Shown here in pieces: positions 10,734 to 21,607 of a DNA stretch of 64,000 nucleotides. Within the stretch, counting starts at the first letter, position 1; every line of letters starts with the position of its first letter. A program made the position numbers and the translations under genes. The DNA comes from an uncultured Rhabdochlamydiaceae bacterium. GTDB taxonomy: Bacteria; Chlamydiota; Chlamydiia; Chlamydiales; Rhabdochlamydiaceae. Location: contig CAVQHD010000001.1 of assembly GCA_963712275.1 (NCBI GenBank), positions 704,001 through 768,000 of the forward strand, read 5' to 3'. The notes below the pieces were generated by a model. It ran no database searches, was not told where the DNA came from, and saw only the letters and a program-made list of their open reading frames with translations.

Positions 10734-11627
10734 ATGTTTATAAGCAATAACTTTTCCAGTTTTGTTATGGGTTTTTCGGTCGCCTCACTCTCCACATACA
10801 AGGCTGTGAATTACATTGCAGATCACGGAGTCTTCGAAATAGCAAACATCTGTTTAACTCATCCTAATATTATCCCCGCATTAATAGAAAAAGTTCAGCT
10901 TTCTGATAAAGTATTGATTCTGTGTTTGAATTTGTTTTATAATACAAGGTTTGGTCTATGTTTGCTTTTGCTTTATATCAGAAGAAAACAAAAAATGAGC
11001 GATATTTCTGCACAGTTTGGAAAGCGTGTCACACTATGGTCTACTTCTCCATGTGATCACAATAGAGCGTTATTTGCCGGAAGAACTATTTGCCTTTTTA
11101 AGCATTATCTATTTAACTCTCGCCCGGTTGTAGCAATCACTCCAAGCAATTTGGATGACCTAGAGAAAAAAATCGAGGAGGTTCATGCTCAAGGCAAGGA
11201 AATCGATAATATAATCTTTCACGGTCACTCATCACCTCTTAGCATGAGACTAACTAATTTTATTATTAAAGTTCCTGATCATCCTGACTTTGACACCAAC
11301 AATTATTTTCTTTCCAGATACAACAGCATTCCAAAGGCTGACGAATTTGAATCTTTCGAAAGATTTGTCGACATAATCAAAAAAACGTTGATCCCTGGAG
11401 GAAGGGTATTTTTGAGAGGGTGTTGTACGGCTGTTGAGACAGAGCATCCCGAGAAAAATCTTACTTCTGCTTTAGCGAAGCGCCTGCCGCAATATCGTGT
11501 GAGTGGAACAACAAGGTATGTATATCCACTTCAGGATATCATTGATATGACTGACGATTCAGATGTCCTACTAGGATCAGATGTCCTACTAGGAGATGTG
11601 TTCAAAGAAATACAAAATGCCCAGTAA
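10734..11627 (+). CDS. Hypothetical protein with a putative caspase/CPD-like (clan CD) His-Cys motif pair
   Basis: IIFHGHS and VFLRGCCT motifs; low GC; AT-rich upstream region; 18-bp tandem duplication at 11559-11594. Confidence 0.6.
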   Translation: MFISNNFSSFVMGFSVASLSTYKAVNYIADHGVFEIANICLTHPNIIPALIEKVQLSDKVLILCLNLFYNTRFGLCLLLLYIRRKQKMSDISAQFGKRVTLWSTSPCDHNRALFAGRTICLFKHYLFNSRPVVAITPSNLDDLEKKIEEVHAQGKEIDNIIFHGHSSPLSMRLTNFIIKVPDHPDFDTNNYFLSRYNSIPKADEFESFERFVDIIKKTLIPGGRVFLRGCCTAVETEHPEKNLTSALAKRLPQYRVSGTTRYVYPLQDIIDMTDDSDVLLGSDVLLGDVFKEIQNAQ

Positions 11628-11629
11628 TA

Positions 11630-11795
11630 GACCTCTTGCGTAACTAAGGGTTCGTCGATTTTCTGGTTCTTTTGAGCGATTTTCAATTCTTTTTGCAGGG
11701 TTAATATACGAAGTTGATATTAACCCTGCAAAAAGAATTAAAAATCGGCCAAAATAATCCAGAAAATCGACAGAACCTTAGTTACGCAAGAGGTC
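11630..11795. mobile_element. Palindromic element (GACCTC...GAGGTC), core-sharing family
   Basis: Folds along its whole length; flanked by TAATA at 11625-11629 and 11796-11800; lies between convergent stops. Confidence 0.85.
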
Positions 11796-11801
11796 TAATA
11801 T

Positions 11802-12677
11802 TCAAAGGAGCTCTATTTGTTCATGGAAATAAGCATGAAGCTCAGATGAGTGTGCTGCTAGGTAGGTTATGAGAGGATGAGTCACCCGAAGGATTTCTTC
11901 TTGAACGTTTAAGCCTTCTTTTTCTTGAAATCGTCCAATATCAATGTGGATGGCACTTTCTTCGAGCCAGCCATAGTTGTCGTTATCCATGTTATCAAGA
12001 TCTGTCAGGTTATGGCGGCACCGTTTTTCAATCATATGGATCAGCTCGCGTATCATGTGCTTGCATGTGTCGTGCTTTTCAAGGGAGAGTGCTTTTTTAA
12101 AAGCAGGCAGAAAAGAGACTGCTTTTTTTTGGACGATAAATGCGATGGAATCAAGGGGAAGATTATAATGAGAGCCTAGAGAATCAATAAGGTGGGCTTT
12201 TTGATGGAGATGAGACGTCGGTCTTAGGTGGACGTAGAGGAGTGCTGTTTCTTTTGGTAGAAGCTGAGCTGCGAGAAAGAAACTGTGGAAGGAAAGCTGG
12301 AGCCGTTTGAGGTTATACTCTTTAACGGCCCTGCGAGAGGTTGACATGAGGTACCCCAAAGGGTGATGAGTCCATGGAAAGCGTCGGAGATGGGAGGGGT
12401 ATCGATAAAACTTGATCACTGTTTGCCGGTCTTCGCTTTCAAAGACAAACGATTGGGCTCCTTTTCCAAGGTAATAAAACGGCTTAGAAAAGATCTCTTT
12501 CGGAAAGGTCATGGGGGGATTATGCTCTGGTAGAGAAGGGATCGGCGCTTCGATGATATGCAGGCAAAATCCTTTATTTGCCTTCCATAGACATCTGTCA
12601 AGGATGCTCACAAGTGCGATAAAGAGGACTAATGGGAGGAGTTTCTTACTCTTTGATACGAATCCGGGCATAATCAA
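11802..12677 (-). CDS. Membrane-anchored protein-kinase-like protein
   Basis: YLGKGAQSFVF Gly-loop, VIKF lysine, DNDNYG and HIDIGRF segments. Confidence 0.6.
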   Translation of the reverse strand: MIMPGFVSKSKKLLPLVLFIALVSILDRCLWKANKGFCLHIIEAPIPSLPEHNPPMTFPKEIFSKPFYYLGKGAQSFVFESEDRQTVIKFYRYPSHLRRFPWTHHPLGYLMSTSRRAVKEYNLKRLQLSFHSFFLAAQLLPKETALLYVHLRPTSHLHQKAHLIDSLGSHYNLPLDSIAFIVQKKAVSFLPAFKKALSLEKHDTCKHMIRELIHMIEKRCRHNLTDLDNMDNDNYGWLEESAIHIDIGRFQEKEGLNVQEEILRVTHPLITYLAAHSSELHAYFHEQIELL

Positions 12678-14235
12678 AGGCTCCTTTAGGAGATCCTTCC
12701 GGGCAGGTTAAATGGTCTTTAATCATAAAGGAAGTTTTCCAATGGTAGATGGGGGTGAGCGGCATTTCTTCAAGAAGAAGAGCTTCGGCGGCTTTAAGGG
12801 TTTCAGCCCGTTTTTGAGGCGTCTTGTCATAAGCAGATTCATCCAAAAGACGAATATAATCGGGATGCTCCCAGCCAGGATAATTTTTGGCATTTGTCTT
12901 GAATTTAAACCGCTCAAAAATGTTCATGGGATCGTTGTATTGCGCCATCCAAAAGGCATGCGCCAGATCGTAGGAGCGGTTTTTTAATCGGTCGAGAAGG
13001 ACCTGGTGCTCGCAGCTCTGGAGATTGACGCGCACGCCAAGGCCGCTCATCCACTGCTCTTGCAAGACTTGAACCAATTTATGGTTGACCTCGGAGTAGG
13101 TGTAGTCTAGTGTCAGAGATGGGAATTGATTTAACGTGATGCCGAGCTCTTCAAGTCCTTTTTTCAAATGATGCTTCGCTCGTGGAAGATCGAAATCCTG
13201 AAACAGGGCTGAAGGTTCTAGAGAGCTAAGAATCGGATGGATGAGCCGCGTAGCGGCTTCTTCACCAAGCTGGGTGATATTTTGAACGATTTGAGAGCGG
13301 TTAATGGAATAGGCAAACGCTTTTCGAATATGGGGATTGTTAAAAGGGAATCGATTGACGTTGAAGCAGACGATGGTCGTTCCTGGAGTGGACTCAGTTT
13401 TAAGAAGGCCCTGCTTGAAGTAATGGATAAGAGCATCTGTGGGAAGTGGGGAAAGGCCTCGTCCAATGATATCGAGCTCTCCGTTTTCATACAGAGTCAA
13501 GGCTGTATTTTCATCTCCAATCATGCTCACGGTAATCTGGTCTAAATGAATATAAGGGGCCTCCCAATAGTGGTTGTTTTTTTCAAAGATGAGTTCTCGA
13601 TGATGGGTCCACGATTTTAATTGAAAGGGGCCGTTGGATATAAAATGGGGAGAAGCGTCATGCATCCAATTGGGATAGTCTTGATCCATTTGGTGATGGA
13701 CGGGGAAAAAGACGCAAAAGGAGATCAGATCGAGAAAATAGGGAGTGGGTCTCTCAAGTTGAACGACGAATGTAAAATCATCTTTTGAATAAATTCCCAG
13801 AGCATCGATGGGGAGCTCTCCTTTTTTTACTTTTTCACCATTTTTAATGGGGTAAAGAAGGGGAGCATTAGCAGCTCCAAATTGCGGGGAGATGATTTTT
13901 TTCCAGGCCCATTCGAAGTCTTGTGCTGTGACATAAGATCCGTCAGACCAGCGGGCTTTTCTTAAATGGAAGGTGTATGTGAGTCGATCGTCGGAGATTT
14001 CAATGGAGCGGGCTTGTGCAGGAGTGACAGTTCCATCTGGATTGAGGCGCACAAGCCCTTCATAGAGCAAATATTGCATGGATGACCCAATCAGCTCGCT
14101 CCCTTTCCGAGGATCAAGCGTCGCAGGCTCGCGGCTGATATTCATCCGGAGCGTATGAGGTGGTTTAGAAGGAGGCTGAGAATGGCATCCCATTAAGCAT
14201 AGAATATAGACAAACCACTTCCATCGGCTTTTCAT
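12646..14235 (-). CDS. oppA: Oligopeptide ABC transporter substrate-binding lipoprotein
   Basis: Lipobox LMGC, TLDP, LYEGLV, SNGPF motifs of family 5 binding proteins. Confidence 0.9.
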   Translation of the reverse strand: MKSRWKWFVYILCLMGCHSQPPSKPPHTLRMNISREPATLDPRKGSELIGSSMQYLLYEGLVRLNPDGTVTPAQARSIEISDDRLTYTFHLRKARWSDGSYVTAQDFEWAWKKIISPQFGAANAPLLYPIKNGEKVKKGELPIDALGIYSKDDFTFVVQLERPTPYFLDLISFCVFFPVHHQMDQDYPNWMHDASPHFISNGPFQLKSWTHHRELIFEKNNHYWEAPYIHLDQITVSMIGDENTALTLYENGELDIIGRGLSPLPTDALIHYFKQGLLKTESTPGTTIVCFNVNRFPFNNPHIRKAFAYSINRSQIVQNITQLGEEAATRLIHPILSSLEPSALFQDFDLPRAKHHLKKGLEELGITLNQFPSLTLDYTYSEVNHKLVQVLQEQWMSGLGVRVNLQSCEHQVLLDRLKNRSYDLAHAFWMAQYNDPMNIFERFKFKTNAKNYPGWEHPDYIRLLDESAYDKTPQKRAETLKAAEALLLEEMPLTPIYHWKTSFMIKDHLTCPEGSPKGAFDYARIRIKE

Positions 14236-15608
14236 CAGTCTTTCATGCTTTTCATAGAGAGGAGGAACTCGATATTATTATTGCTCTTTTTAAGCCGGTT
14301 TAAGAAAACATTCATTGCATCCTGCGGCGACAGATCATTCAAAACTGCACGTAAGTGGTAAATGCTTTCGAGCTCATCAGGATGGAGAAGAAGTTCTTCC
14401 TTACGGGTTCCGCTTTTATTGGGGTCGACAGCGGGCCATGTCCGTCTTTCGGCAAGGCGCCTGTCAAGGACGATTTCCGAATTGCCGGTTCCTTTGAACT
14501 CTTCAAAAATCACCTCATCCATGCGAGAGCCTGTGTCGATAAGAGCGGTGGCTATAATCGTGAGAGAGCCTCCCTCCTCGACATTCCGGGCTGCTCCAAA
14601 AAACCGCTTAGGCTTATGAAGGGCGTTTGCATCGATACCCCCCGTTAAGATTTTTCCTGAATGGGGCTGAACGGTGTTGTAGGCGCGGGCAAGGCGGGTG
14701 AGAGAGTCCAGCAAAATCACGACGTCATGATGGTATTCAACAAGCCGGCGGGCTTTCTCAATTGCCATTTCTGCAATTTGAACGTGCCGCTCTGGGGGTT
14801 CATCAAAGGTCGAAGAGACGACTTCTCCTTTGACGCTTCGTATCATGTCGGTGACTTCTTCAGGCCGTTCATCGATCAGAAGGACAATCAACACGACTTT
14901 AGGATTATTGGTGGCAATGGCATTGGCGATGTTTTGTAAAATGACAGTTTTCCCTGAACGTGGAGGGGCAACAATAAGACCGCGCTGCCCCATTCCAATA
15001 GGAGATACGAGGTCGAGAACGCGCGTTGTGAGCTTTTCTTTTGTGGTTTCCATCACGAGTCGTCGATTCGGATAGAGAGGCGTTAAGTTTTCAAACAAAA
15101 TCCGATCTCGGGCTACCTCTGGAGGTTCGTTGTTAATTTTATCGACTTTGAGAAGGGCAAAGTATTTTTCTTTTTCTTTAGGAGATCGAATAGGTCCGTA
15201 GACGGTATCTCCTTTCTTAAGATCAAAACGTCGAATTTGAGCAGGAGAGACGTAAATATCTTCTGCAGAAGGCAGATAGTTATAATTCGGGGATCGAAGA
15301 AACCCAAATCCGTCGGGAAGGACTTCTAGAACTCCTTCTCCAACTAAGATTTCTGTGGGATGCTCTGACTTGGCTTTGACGATTTCAAAAACGATTTGGG
15401 ACTTTGTCAGAGACCCTAGATGTTTAAGTCCCATATCGCGAGCAACAAGATTGAGTTGATCGATATTCATCCGCTGAAGGTCAGCGATTTTTGTGATCTG
15501 CTCTTGCCCAGTTACTGGTCTCATTTCTTGGCCTGGTGGAGATAAGACAGGCTCCATCTCAGGTGAGGAAGACTCCGAGGTTGTCGAAGTTGGATCATCG
15601 GGTTTCAT
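14235..15608 (-). CDS. rho: Transcription termination factor Rho
   Basis: [36 protein letters not shown]. Confidence 0.98.
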   Translation of the reverse strand: MKPDDPTSTTSESSSPEMEPVLSPPGQEMRPVTGQEQITKIADLQRMNIDQLNLVARDMGLKHLGSLTKSQIVFEIVKAKSEHPTEILVGEGVLEVLPDGFGFLRSPNYNYLPSAEDIYVSPAQIRRFDLKKGDTVYGPIRSPKEKEKYFALLKVDKINNEPPEVARDRILFENLTPLYPNRRLVMETTKEKLTTRVLDLVSPIGMGQRGLIVAPPRSGKTVILQNIANAIATNNPKVVLIVLLIDERPEEVTDMIRSVKGEVVSSTFDEPPERHVQIAEMAIEKARRLVEYHHDVVILLDSLTRLARAYNTVQPHSGKILTGGIDANALHKPKRFFGAARNVEEGGSLTIIATALIDTGSRMDEVIFEEFKGTGNSEIVLDRRLAERRTWPAVDPNKSGTRKEELLLHPDELESIYHLRAVLNDLSPQDAMNVFLNRLKKSNNNIEFLLSMKSMKD

Positions 15609-16202
15609 TCATGCTCCTTTAATAAGTTTGGGGATAAGGAGGGCAACTTCTGCTTTTAAAGCAGCGAGATCTCCCTGGTTTGTAATCACGTAGTCTGCTT
15701 GCGCCTCTTTTGTAGATTGAGAGAGCTGAAAGCGGGATCGCCGGTCGAACTCTTCAGTACTAGAAGCTCTTTTTCTGGCAATTGCTGGATCGGTAACGAC
15801 AGCGACCACCATATCAAAGTCATCTCGCATATGGGCTTCATCTAGCAAGGGTACCTCGGCAACAAAAAATCGGTATGACTCATTTTTAGAGACCGTTTCA
15901 AAGAGTCGATTGATTTCTTGTCGAACAACAGGATGTAAAATAGCTTCTAAAGCTTGAAGCTTTGATGGGTTTGAAAACACAATATTTGAAATCTTTTTTC
16001 TACTGATTTGGTTTCCGGTGAGGACTTCTGGTCCTAGAAGTTTAATGACTTGCTCTCCGCATGAAGTCTTAGGCGATAAGAGGCGGTGCACAACTGCATC
16101 CGCATCAACGACATAAGCTCCATATTCTTGTAGCAATCGACAAACAGTCGATTTGCCGCTCGAAATAATGCCCGTAACAGCAATTTTTCTCAAGACTAAC
16201 AT
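15609..16202 (-). CDS. coaE: Dephospho-CoA kinase
   Basis: TGIISSGKS, DAD, ILHP motifs; located between polA and rho. Confidence 0.92.
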   Translation of the reverse strand: MLVLRKIAVTGIISSGKSTVCRLLQEYGAYVVDADAVVHRLLSPKTSCGEQVIKLLGPEVLTGNQISRKKISNIVFSNPSKLQALEAILHPVVRQEINRLFETVSKNESYRFFVAEVPLLDEAHMRDDFDMVVAVVTDPAIARKRASSTEEFDRRSRFQLSQSTKEAQADYVITNQGDLAALKAEVALLIPKLIKGA

Positions 16203-18868
16203 TCTCCCCAATTTTTCCCAACAGAAATGTGAACTTCGAGGGGAACTTTCAGCTTCATCACATGTTCCATGCGGTGTTTGACTTCTTTTGCAAGGGTATG
16301 GATATGGTCATCGGTTGTTTCAAATAATAATTCGTCATGAATTTGAAGGAGCATGAATCCAAGATGGGAGTGGCTGAGCAGCAGCCCATCGATTTCAATC
16401 ATGGCAATCTTAATGAGGTCTGCTGCAGTTCCTTGGAGGGGGGTGTTAATGGCAAGCCGCTCAGCTGCTGATCGAAGCGCTCCATTTTTGCTGGAAATCT
16501 CCGGAATAGGACGTTGCCGCCCTGTCATTGTCACTGCCCGTCCTGTTTTACGGACCGATTCTTTGCAGAATTCTAAAAATTCCTTTACGCGCTTATACCT
16601 CTCAAAATAGGCATCGATAAACTGAGAGGCTTCTTTATAGGCGATGCCTAGACCTTGGGAAAGACCGAAAGCCTGCTGTCCATAGAGAATCCCGAAGTTG
16701 ACGGCTTTGGCCCTTTGACGCATCTCATCGGTCACCTCTTTGAGAGGAATGTCGAAGACAAGTGATGCTGTAAAAGCATGGATGTCCTCTCCTGCATTGA
16801 AGGCTTTAAGAAGAATGGGGTCTTCGCTTAAATGAGCTAAAAGGCGGAGTTCAATTTGAGAGTAGTCTGCAGAAAGAAAACTCCATCCACGAAGCTCAGG
16901 TTTGAAGGCGGTTCGAATTTTTTTCCCTTCCTGCGATCGGACAGGGATATTTTGAAGATTAGGATCTTTGCAAGAAAGCCTCCCTGTCGCCGTCACCGAC
17001 TGATTAAATGTAGTGTGGATGCGGCCTGTCACAGGATGAATTTCTTCTGGGAGAGAGTCGACATAGGTTGAACGTAATTTCTCAAGAGTCCGATATTCAA
17101 GAATTTGCTTAGCAATAGGCGCGGCCTCTTGGAGTTCTTCGAGCACGTCAGCGTTTGTCGAATAACCCGTGGCGGTTTTTTTGGGAGGAGAGATCCCCAT
17201 CTTGTCAAAAAGAATAGCGCTCAGCTGTTTTGGTGAATTGATATTAAACTCCTCTCCTGCCAAACCATAAATCTTTTGCTCCAGGCGGTGAAGTGCGCTC
17301 GCAAGTTCTTTAGACATTTCTTTGAGCTCGTCTCGATCGACATAAATTCCTCGGCGCTCCATCCGCAAGAGGACGGGAATGAGAGGGAGTTCAATCGTTT
17401 TTAGAACAGATTCTACCCCTTGTTTTTCGAGCTCTTTTTCAAAGAGTGCCCGAAGTCGAATCGTGTAGTCGACATCCTGACAGCAGTAATCTGTGATTTG
17501 ATCGAGGGGAACATCAGCCATCGATTTCTGGTTTTTCCCTTTGCCAATGAGAGCTTCGATTGGAGTTTTAACAACATGAAATTTTTCTAGCGTCAGAGTA
17601 TCTAAATTATGGCGTGGGTTTTGAGGCGTTAAAAGATAGGAGGCTAAAATCGTGTCGAAGGAAATCCGAGGCAGGGGAAGGGCTGCATTGGCAAGAGTGT
17701 GGAGGTCGTATTTAATGTTATGGCCAAAGAAAGATTTTTTTGGGTCATCTAAGAGATTTCGCAAAGTTTCTAAGGCAAGCTTTTTTGGAAGGGGCCCATT
17801 CAAGGGAATATACCAAGCGGTCTCTGGATGGATCCCAAGCCCAATTCCAACAAGTTCTGCGCACATGGGGCGGATATCGGTTGTTTCGACATCCAGGCAG
17901 AGATCTCGCTCTTCTTTAAGGGTTTCGTATAGAGCGTGGAGCTCTCCTTCTGTTTGCACGAGGCGGTAGTTGTGGGAGGCTGCCTGTTTTTTCTCTTGGC
18001 TTAGAGGAAGCGCTTTTTCATCCATCTCCTTTAGTAAAGAGAGGAAATGCATCTCATGGTAGAACTGCTTGAGCTCTTCTAACCGCGGATGTTTGATATG
18101 AAAGAACATCTCTTCCTTTGGAAAATCGATATTCAAGTGAAGGGTGGCAAGCTTTCGGCTTAAAAGGGCGATTTCTTTTTGCTCGCGGAGCACGTTTTGT
18201 TTTTTTTCTCCAGGGACCTTATCGGGGTGGGCCAAAATGGTGTCAAGATCGCCGAATTGCTGGAGAAGGGCGACGGCGGTTTTAGGACCAAACCCCTCAA
18301 GGCCGGGGATATTGTCTGAAGCGTCGCCCACCATTGCAAGATAATCAATCATCTGCTCAGGGGTGACTCCAAAGAGCTCTTTCACTTTTTCAGCATCGAT
18401 TTCAAGGTTGTCTTTACTGGGGTTGATAAGGTGGATTCTATCGCAGACGAGTTGGCATAAGTCTTTGTCGCTGCTGCAGAGCTTCACTTTGATTTTCTGT
18501 TTGTCTGCCCATACAGCGATGCTTCCGATCGTATCATCCGCTTCCACCCCCGGCACAGAAAGGAGCGGGATGCCGGCAAGTTCGCACCAGTGGGAAGCTT
18601 TTTCGAGTTGGGGAAACAGATCTTCGGGCATTCCCTTCCGATGGATTTTATAATCTGCAAAAAGATCTAGCCGGCTTTTTTTGTTATTAGGCCCATCAAA
18701 GACCGCAACCAAAAAATCGGGAGAAAAATCGGCAATGATCTTATAGACCGATCGAATAAATCCAAAAAGGGCATTTGTCGACTCACCCTTCGGATTTGTC
18801 ATCGGTTGAATGGCGTAATAAGCCCTGAAAAGAAAGTTAAGGGAGTCAATGATGAAAAGTTGTTTCAT
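16196..18868 (-). CDS. polA: DNA polymerase I
   Basis: 5'-3' exonuclease EADD/GDASDN; polymerase DYSQIELR, KAVNFGILYG, QIHDEL. Confidence 0.98.
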   Translation of the reverse strand: MKQLFIIDSLNFLFRAYYAIQPMTNPKGESTNALFGFIRSVYKIIADFSPDFLVAVFDGPNNKKSRLDLFADYKIHRKGMPEDLFPQLEKASHWCELAGIPLLSVPGVEADDTIGSIAVWADKQKIKVKLCSSDKDLCQLVCDRIHLINPSKDNLEIDAEKVKELFGVTPEQMIDYLAMVGDASDNIPGLEGFGPKTAVALLQQFGDLDTILAHPDKVPGEKKQNVLREQKEIALLSRKLATLHLNIDFPKEEMFFHIKHPRLEELKQFYHEMHFLSLLKEMDEKALPLSQEKKQAASHNYRLVQTEGELHALYETLKEERDLCLDVETTDIRPMCAELVGIGLGIHPETAWYIPLNGPLPKKLALETLRNLLDDPKKSFFGHNIKYDLHTLANAALPLPRISFDTILASYLLTPQNPRHNLDTLTLEKFHVVKTPIEALIGKGKNQKSMADVPLDQITDYCCQDVDYTIRLRALFEKELEKQGVESVLKTIELPLIPVLLRMERRGIYVDRDELKEMSKELASALHRLEQKIYGLAGEEFNINSPKQLSAILFDKMGISPPKKTATGYSTNADVLEELQEAAPIAKQILEYRTLEKLRSTYVDSLPEEIHPVTGRIHTTFNQSVTATGRLSCKDPNLQNIPVRSQEGKKIRTAFKPELRGWSFLSADYSQIELRLLAHLSEDPILLKAFNAGEDIHAFTASLVFDIPLKEVTDEMRQRAKAVNFGILYGQQAFGLSQGLGIAYKEASQFIDAYFERYKRVKEFLEFCKESVRKTGRAVTMTGRQRPIPEISSKNGALRSAAERLAINTPLQGTAADLIKIAMIEIDGLLLSHSHLGFMLLQIHDELLFETTDDHIHTLAKEVKHRMEHVMKLKVPLEVHISVGKNWGEC

Positions 18869-19908
18869 CCTGAAGGTTGGTAGTAATATAAAAATTTGCC
18901 GCTGAGCTCGCTCATATCGGAGCTTCCAAGTCCAAGAGCGCCTCGAAATGCTTTCATTGGGGCAATTGTTTGCGCGAGGTTGCTAAAGAAGGGATGCGGG
19001 GGAGTCAGCTGAACCACTTGATAATGTTCTTTATCATCAATTTTGGCTGCAGAGGCAAGCATTTGAACAGCTTCGCTATAGTCGCTATGCCCACTGTCAA
19101 CATAACCCAGTTTTTCGGCTTCTTGCGCGATAAACACATGGGCTCCGTACTCATTGATGAGCTTATCTTTTGTCAACATGGGACGGGCAGCCGCCACAAT
19201 AGAAACAAACCGATCATACAGAGCTGCCATGATCGGTTGTAAAGGGGCTCCTTCATCAGGCGTCCAGGGACGAAACGGGTTTAAACTATCTTTGTCTTTT
19301 CCTTGTGTCAAGGTCAAAGCGGCAACTCCATATTTTGTCATGGCGTCGGCAAAGTTAAAATTAGGCCCCATTCGGACGCCGACAGATCCTATAATACTTG
19401 AAGGGCTTGCAAAGATTTTGTCCGCTGCACAAGCAATATACATCCCTCCGGAGGCGCAAAGGCCATCGACATAGGCGTGGATTGGGATGTTGTATTTTTG
19501 TTTATAGGCCATTAAGATCCGGTAGATTGTATCTGCGTCTGATGCAGCGCCGCCAGGCGTGTCTAAATGCAGGAGGACCCCTTTGACGCGACCTCCCTTT
19601 AGAAAATCTTCTTGTGAGTCGAGAAGCACATTGATCATCTTCTCGCTTGTCAGATCTCCTATCCCAATGACCCCATGAAAATCAAGTCGAAGAAGAGCCG
19701 GCGCGCTGGCTGGCAGCATCATCCGGTTTCCAGCGGCATCTGGCATGATAAGAGTTTCTGGTTTGGGAGGGAGAAAATTAGGCCCTGTGATAACAGCTAG
19801 CCCAATCCCTACAATCCCAAAACCTAAGGCAACGCCTAGAATGATCGCAACCGATTTACAAAACGACCGAACTGCTCCCCCAAAGATCGATTCGCGAGTG
19901 AATTCCAT
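18865..19908 (-). CDS. sohB: S49 family peptidase (SohB/SppA-like)
   Basis: DTPGG, CASGGMY, GSVGV motifs; adjacent to polA as in chlamydiae. Confidence 0.85.
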   Translation of the reverse strand: MEFTRESIFGGAVRSFCKSVAIILGVALGFGIVGIGLAVITGPNFLPPKPETLIMPDAAGNRMMLPASAPALLRLDFHGVIGIGDLTSEKMINVLLDSQEDFLKGGRVKGVLLHLDTPGGAASDADTIYRILMAYKQKYNIPIHAYVDGLCASGGMYIACAADKIFASPSSIIGSVGVRMGPNFNFADAMTKYGVAALTLTQGKDKDSLNPFRPWTPDEGAPLQPIMAALYDRFVSIVAAARPMLTKDKLINEYGAHVFIAQEAEKLGYVDSGHSDYSEAVQMLASAAKIDDKEHYQVVQLTPPHPFFSNLAQTIAPMKAFRGALGLGSSDMSELSGKFLYYYQPSG

Positions 19909-19972
19909 ACCTTGCCTTTTGTTGATTAAACCTATCTTAGAAGGTTATCTATAAATCATCAACACCCACAAT

Positions 19973-20758
19973 TTAAGAAATGGAAATCCATGTTGCTACA
20001 ATTGGCACGCCATTACTGGAAGTGATTCGAAGATACTTTCTGTCTGAAATTGATTTTCCATCAGCAGGGCGCTCATAGCCATAGAGCAGTTCAAATGCAG
20101 CATCCCGAACTTCATCTAATTCCCTTTGAACCAGTTGGTCTAAGGAGGTGATCTTGGAAGATATCTTCGCTAGATAAGCTTTAGCCAGTGGGCGTAAAGC
20201 TTGGTTGGAGCAAATAATTTTATAGATGTGTGTAGTTGCTTTGTCTGTACCTTTGTCTGGCTTTTCTACATCAAAATTTTTCAATCCTATATCGAGCTGT
20301 TGATCAAGATTTTCTAGTTTTTCATTAAGCTGTTGTTCATTCATCCGTTTTTTAGGATCGAATCCTTTGCTTAATTCTTCGCGAAGTAACCTTCTTTTTT
20401 CATGAGCGACAGCTCGAAGGCCAGAAGAGATTCCTGCAAAACAGATATGTACATCTCTTAATCGCTCCTCATATTCTACTGTGAGCACTTGTGTGGAACG
20501 GTTGGATAAGAGCAACGCCGTCATTCCTGCGCCTGCCAAACCGGCCGCCGCAATAGGCCCATGTTTAGAAAGAAATTTCAAGGCAGCTCCTGCGAGTGCT
20601 AAAGCGGCCAATCCCGCGGTAACGATGTAAGGATTACGTGTAGTTGTGGTCACGTATTTTTGTACATGGGTTGAGAATTGGGAGGCTACTGTTCCATTAA
20701 AATCATCAATGATTGCTTGAAACCTTGAGACGATTCCCAAATTAACTGCTGTGGCCAT
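19973..20758 (-). CDS. Inc-like protein, paralog 1
   Basis: Bilobed hydrophobic segment around KFLSKHGP; AGGAGG RBS before ATG at 20758. Confidence 0.65.
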   Translation of the reverse strand: MATAVNLGIVSRFQAIIDDFNGTVASQFSTHVQKYVTTTTRNPYIVTAGLAALALAGAALKFLSKHGPIAAAGLAGAGMTALLLSNRSTQVLTVEYEERLRDVHICFAGISSGLRAVAHEKRRLLREELSKGFDPKKRMNEQQLNEKLENLDQQLDIGLKNFDVEKPDKGTDKATTHIYKIICSNQALRPLAKAYLAKISSKITSLDQLVQRELDEVRDAAFELLYGYERPADGKSISDRKYLRITSSNGVPIVATWISIS

Positions 20759-20875
20759 AAGAAACCTCCTTTGCGCTTTCAAAAAGAGAATTATGGGGAA
20801 TCATCTCTTTTGGCACAATTTTTTTACCTGGAAATTCAACTGATTTCTTGTTAAGCTCTTCCTCCTGGACTCATA

Positions 20876-21607
20876 TTAAGGAATCCATGGCTTTATGATG
20901 GGCACGCTGCCATCCGTATCGATAGCAAGATATGTTTTATCTGAAATCGGTTTTCCATCAGCAGGGCGCTCATAGCCATAGAGCAGTTCAAATGCAGCAT
21001 TCTTCAGTTGGGTTATTTCATACTGAACCAGTGGGTCTGAGAAACGGGATATCGAAGATGTTTTTTCTAAATAAGCTGCAGCAAGTGGACATAAATTTTT
21101 ATTGGTTTTGGTTAGTTGGTTAAAACGCCTAATTTCTAGAGTTGTGCCAGCCTCTTCCGCTCCTTCGTTAAATTTTTCTAATCTCGTAGCTAGACTTGTC
21201 TTAAGATCTTCTAATGTTTTACCAGTGACTTCTTTTTGAAGTGCTTCACATAACAGTTCCCTTTTTGCACGTGCAATTGTTCGAAGGTTATCAGAAATAC
21301 CTCCGAAACAATTGCATATATCCCTTATTCGTCCTATGTATTCTTTCGTGACTCTGTGCTGAGGGCGGTTGGATAAGAGCAGAGCTGTGAATCCTGCGCC
21401 TGCTAAAGCAGCTGCCGCCAGGGGTCCATGTTTAGAAAAAAGTTTCCATGCAGCTACTGCAGTTGCTAAAGCGGTCAGTCCTGCTGCAAAGATGTAATAG
21501 TTACGTGTGTTAATAGTTTTATAGTTTTGCACAGGGGTCAAAAACTTGTTTGTCACTGTTTCATCAAAGTCTTGAACAATGTTTTGAAATCTTTGGACAA
21601 AACTCAT
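20876..21607 (-). CDS. Inc-like protein, paralog 2
   Basis: Same bilobed segment; shares AAFELLYGYERPADGK with paralog 1. Confidence 0.65.
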   Translation of the reverse strand: MSFVQRFQNIVQDFDETVTNKFLTPVQNYKTINTRNYYIFAAGLTALATAVAAWKLFSKHGPLAAAALAGAGFTALLLSNRPQHRVTKEYIGRIRDICNCFGGISDNLRTIARAKRELLCEALQKEVTGKTLEDLKTSLATRLEKFNEGAEEAGTTLEIRRFNQLTKTNKNLCPLAAAYLEKTSSISRFSDPLVQYEITQLKNAAFELLYGYERPADGKPISDKTYLAIDTDGSVPIIKPWIP

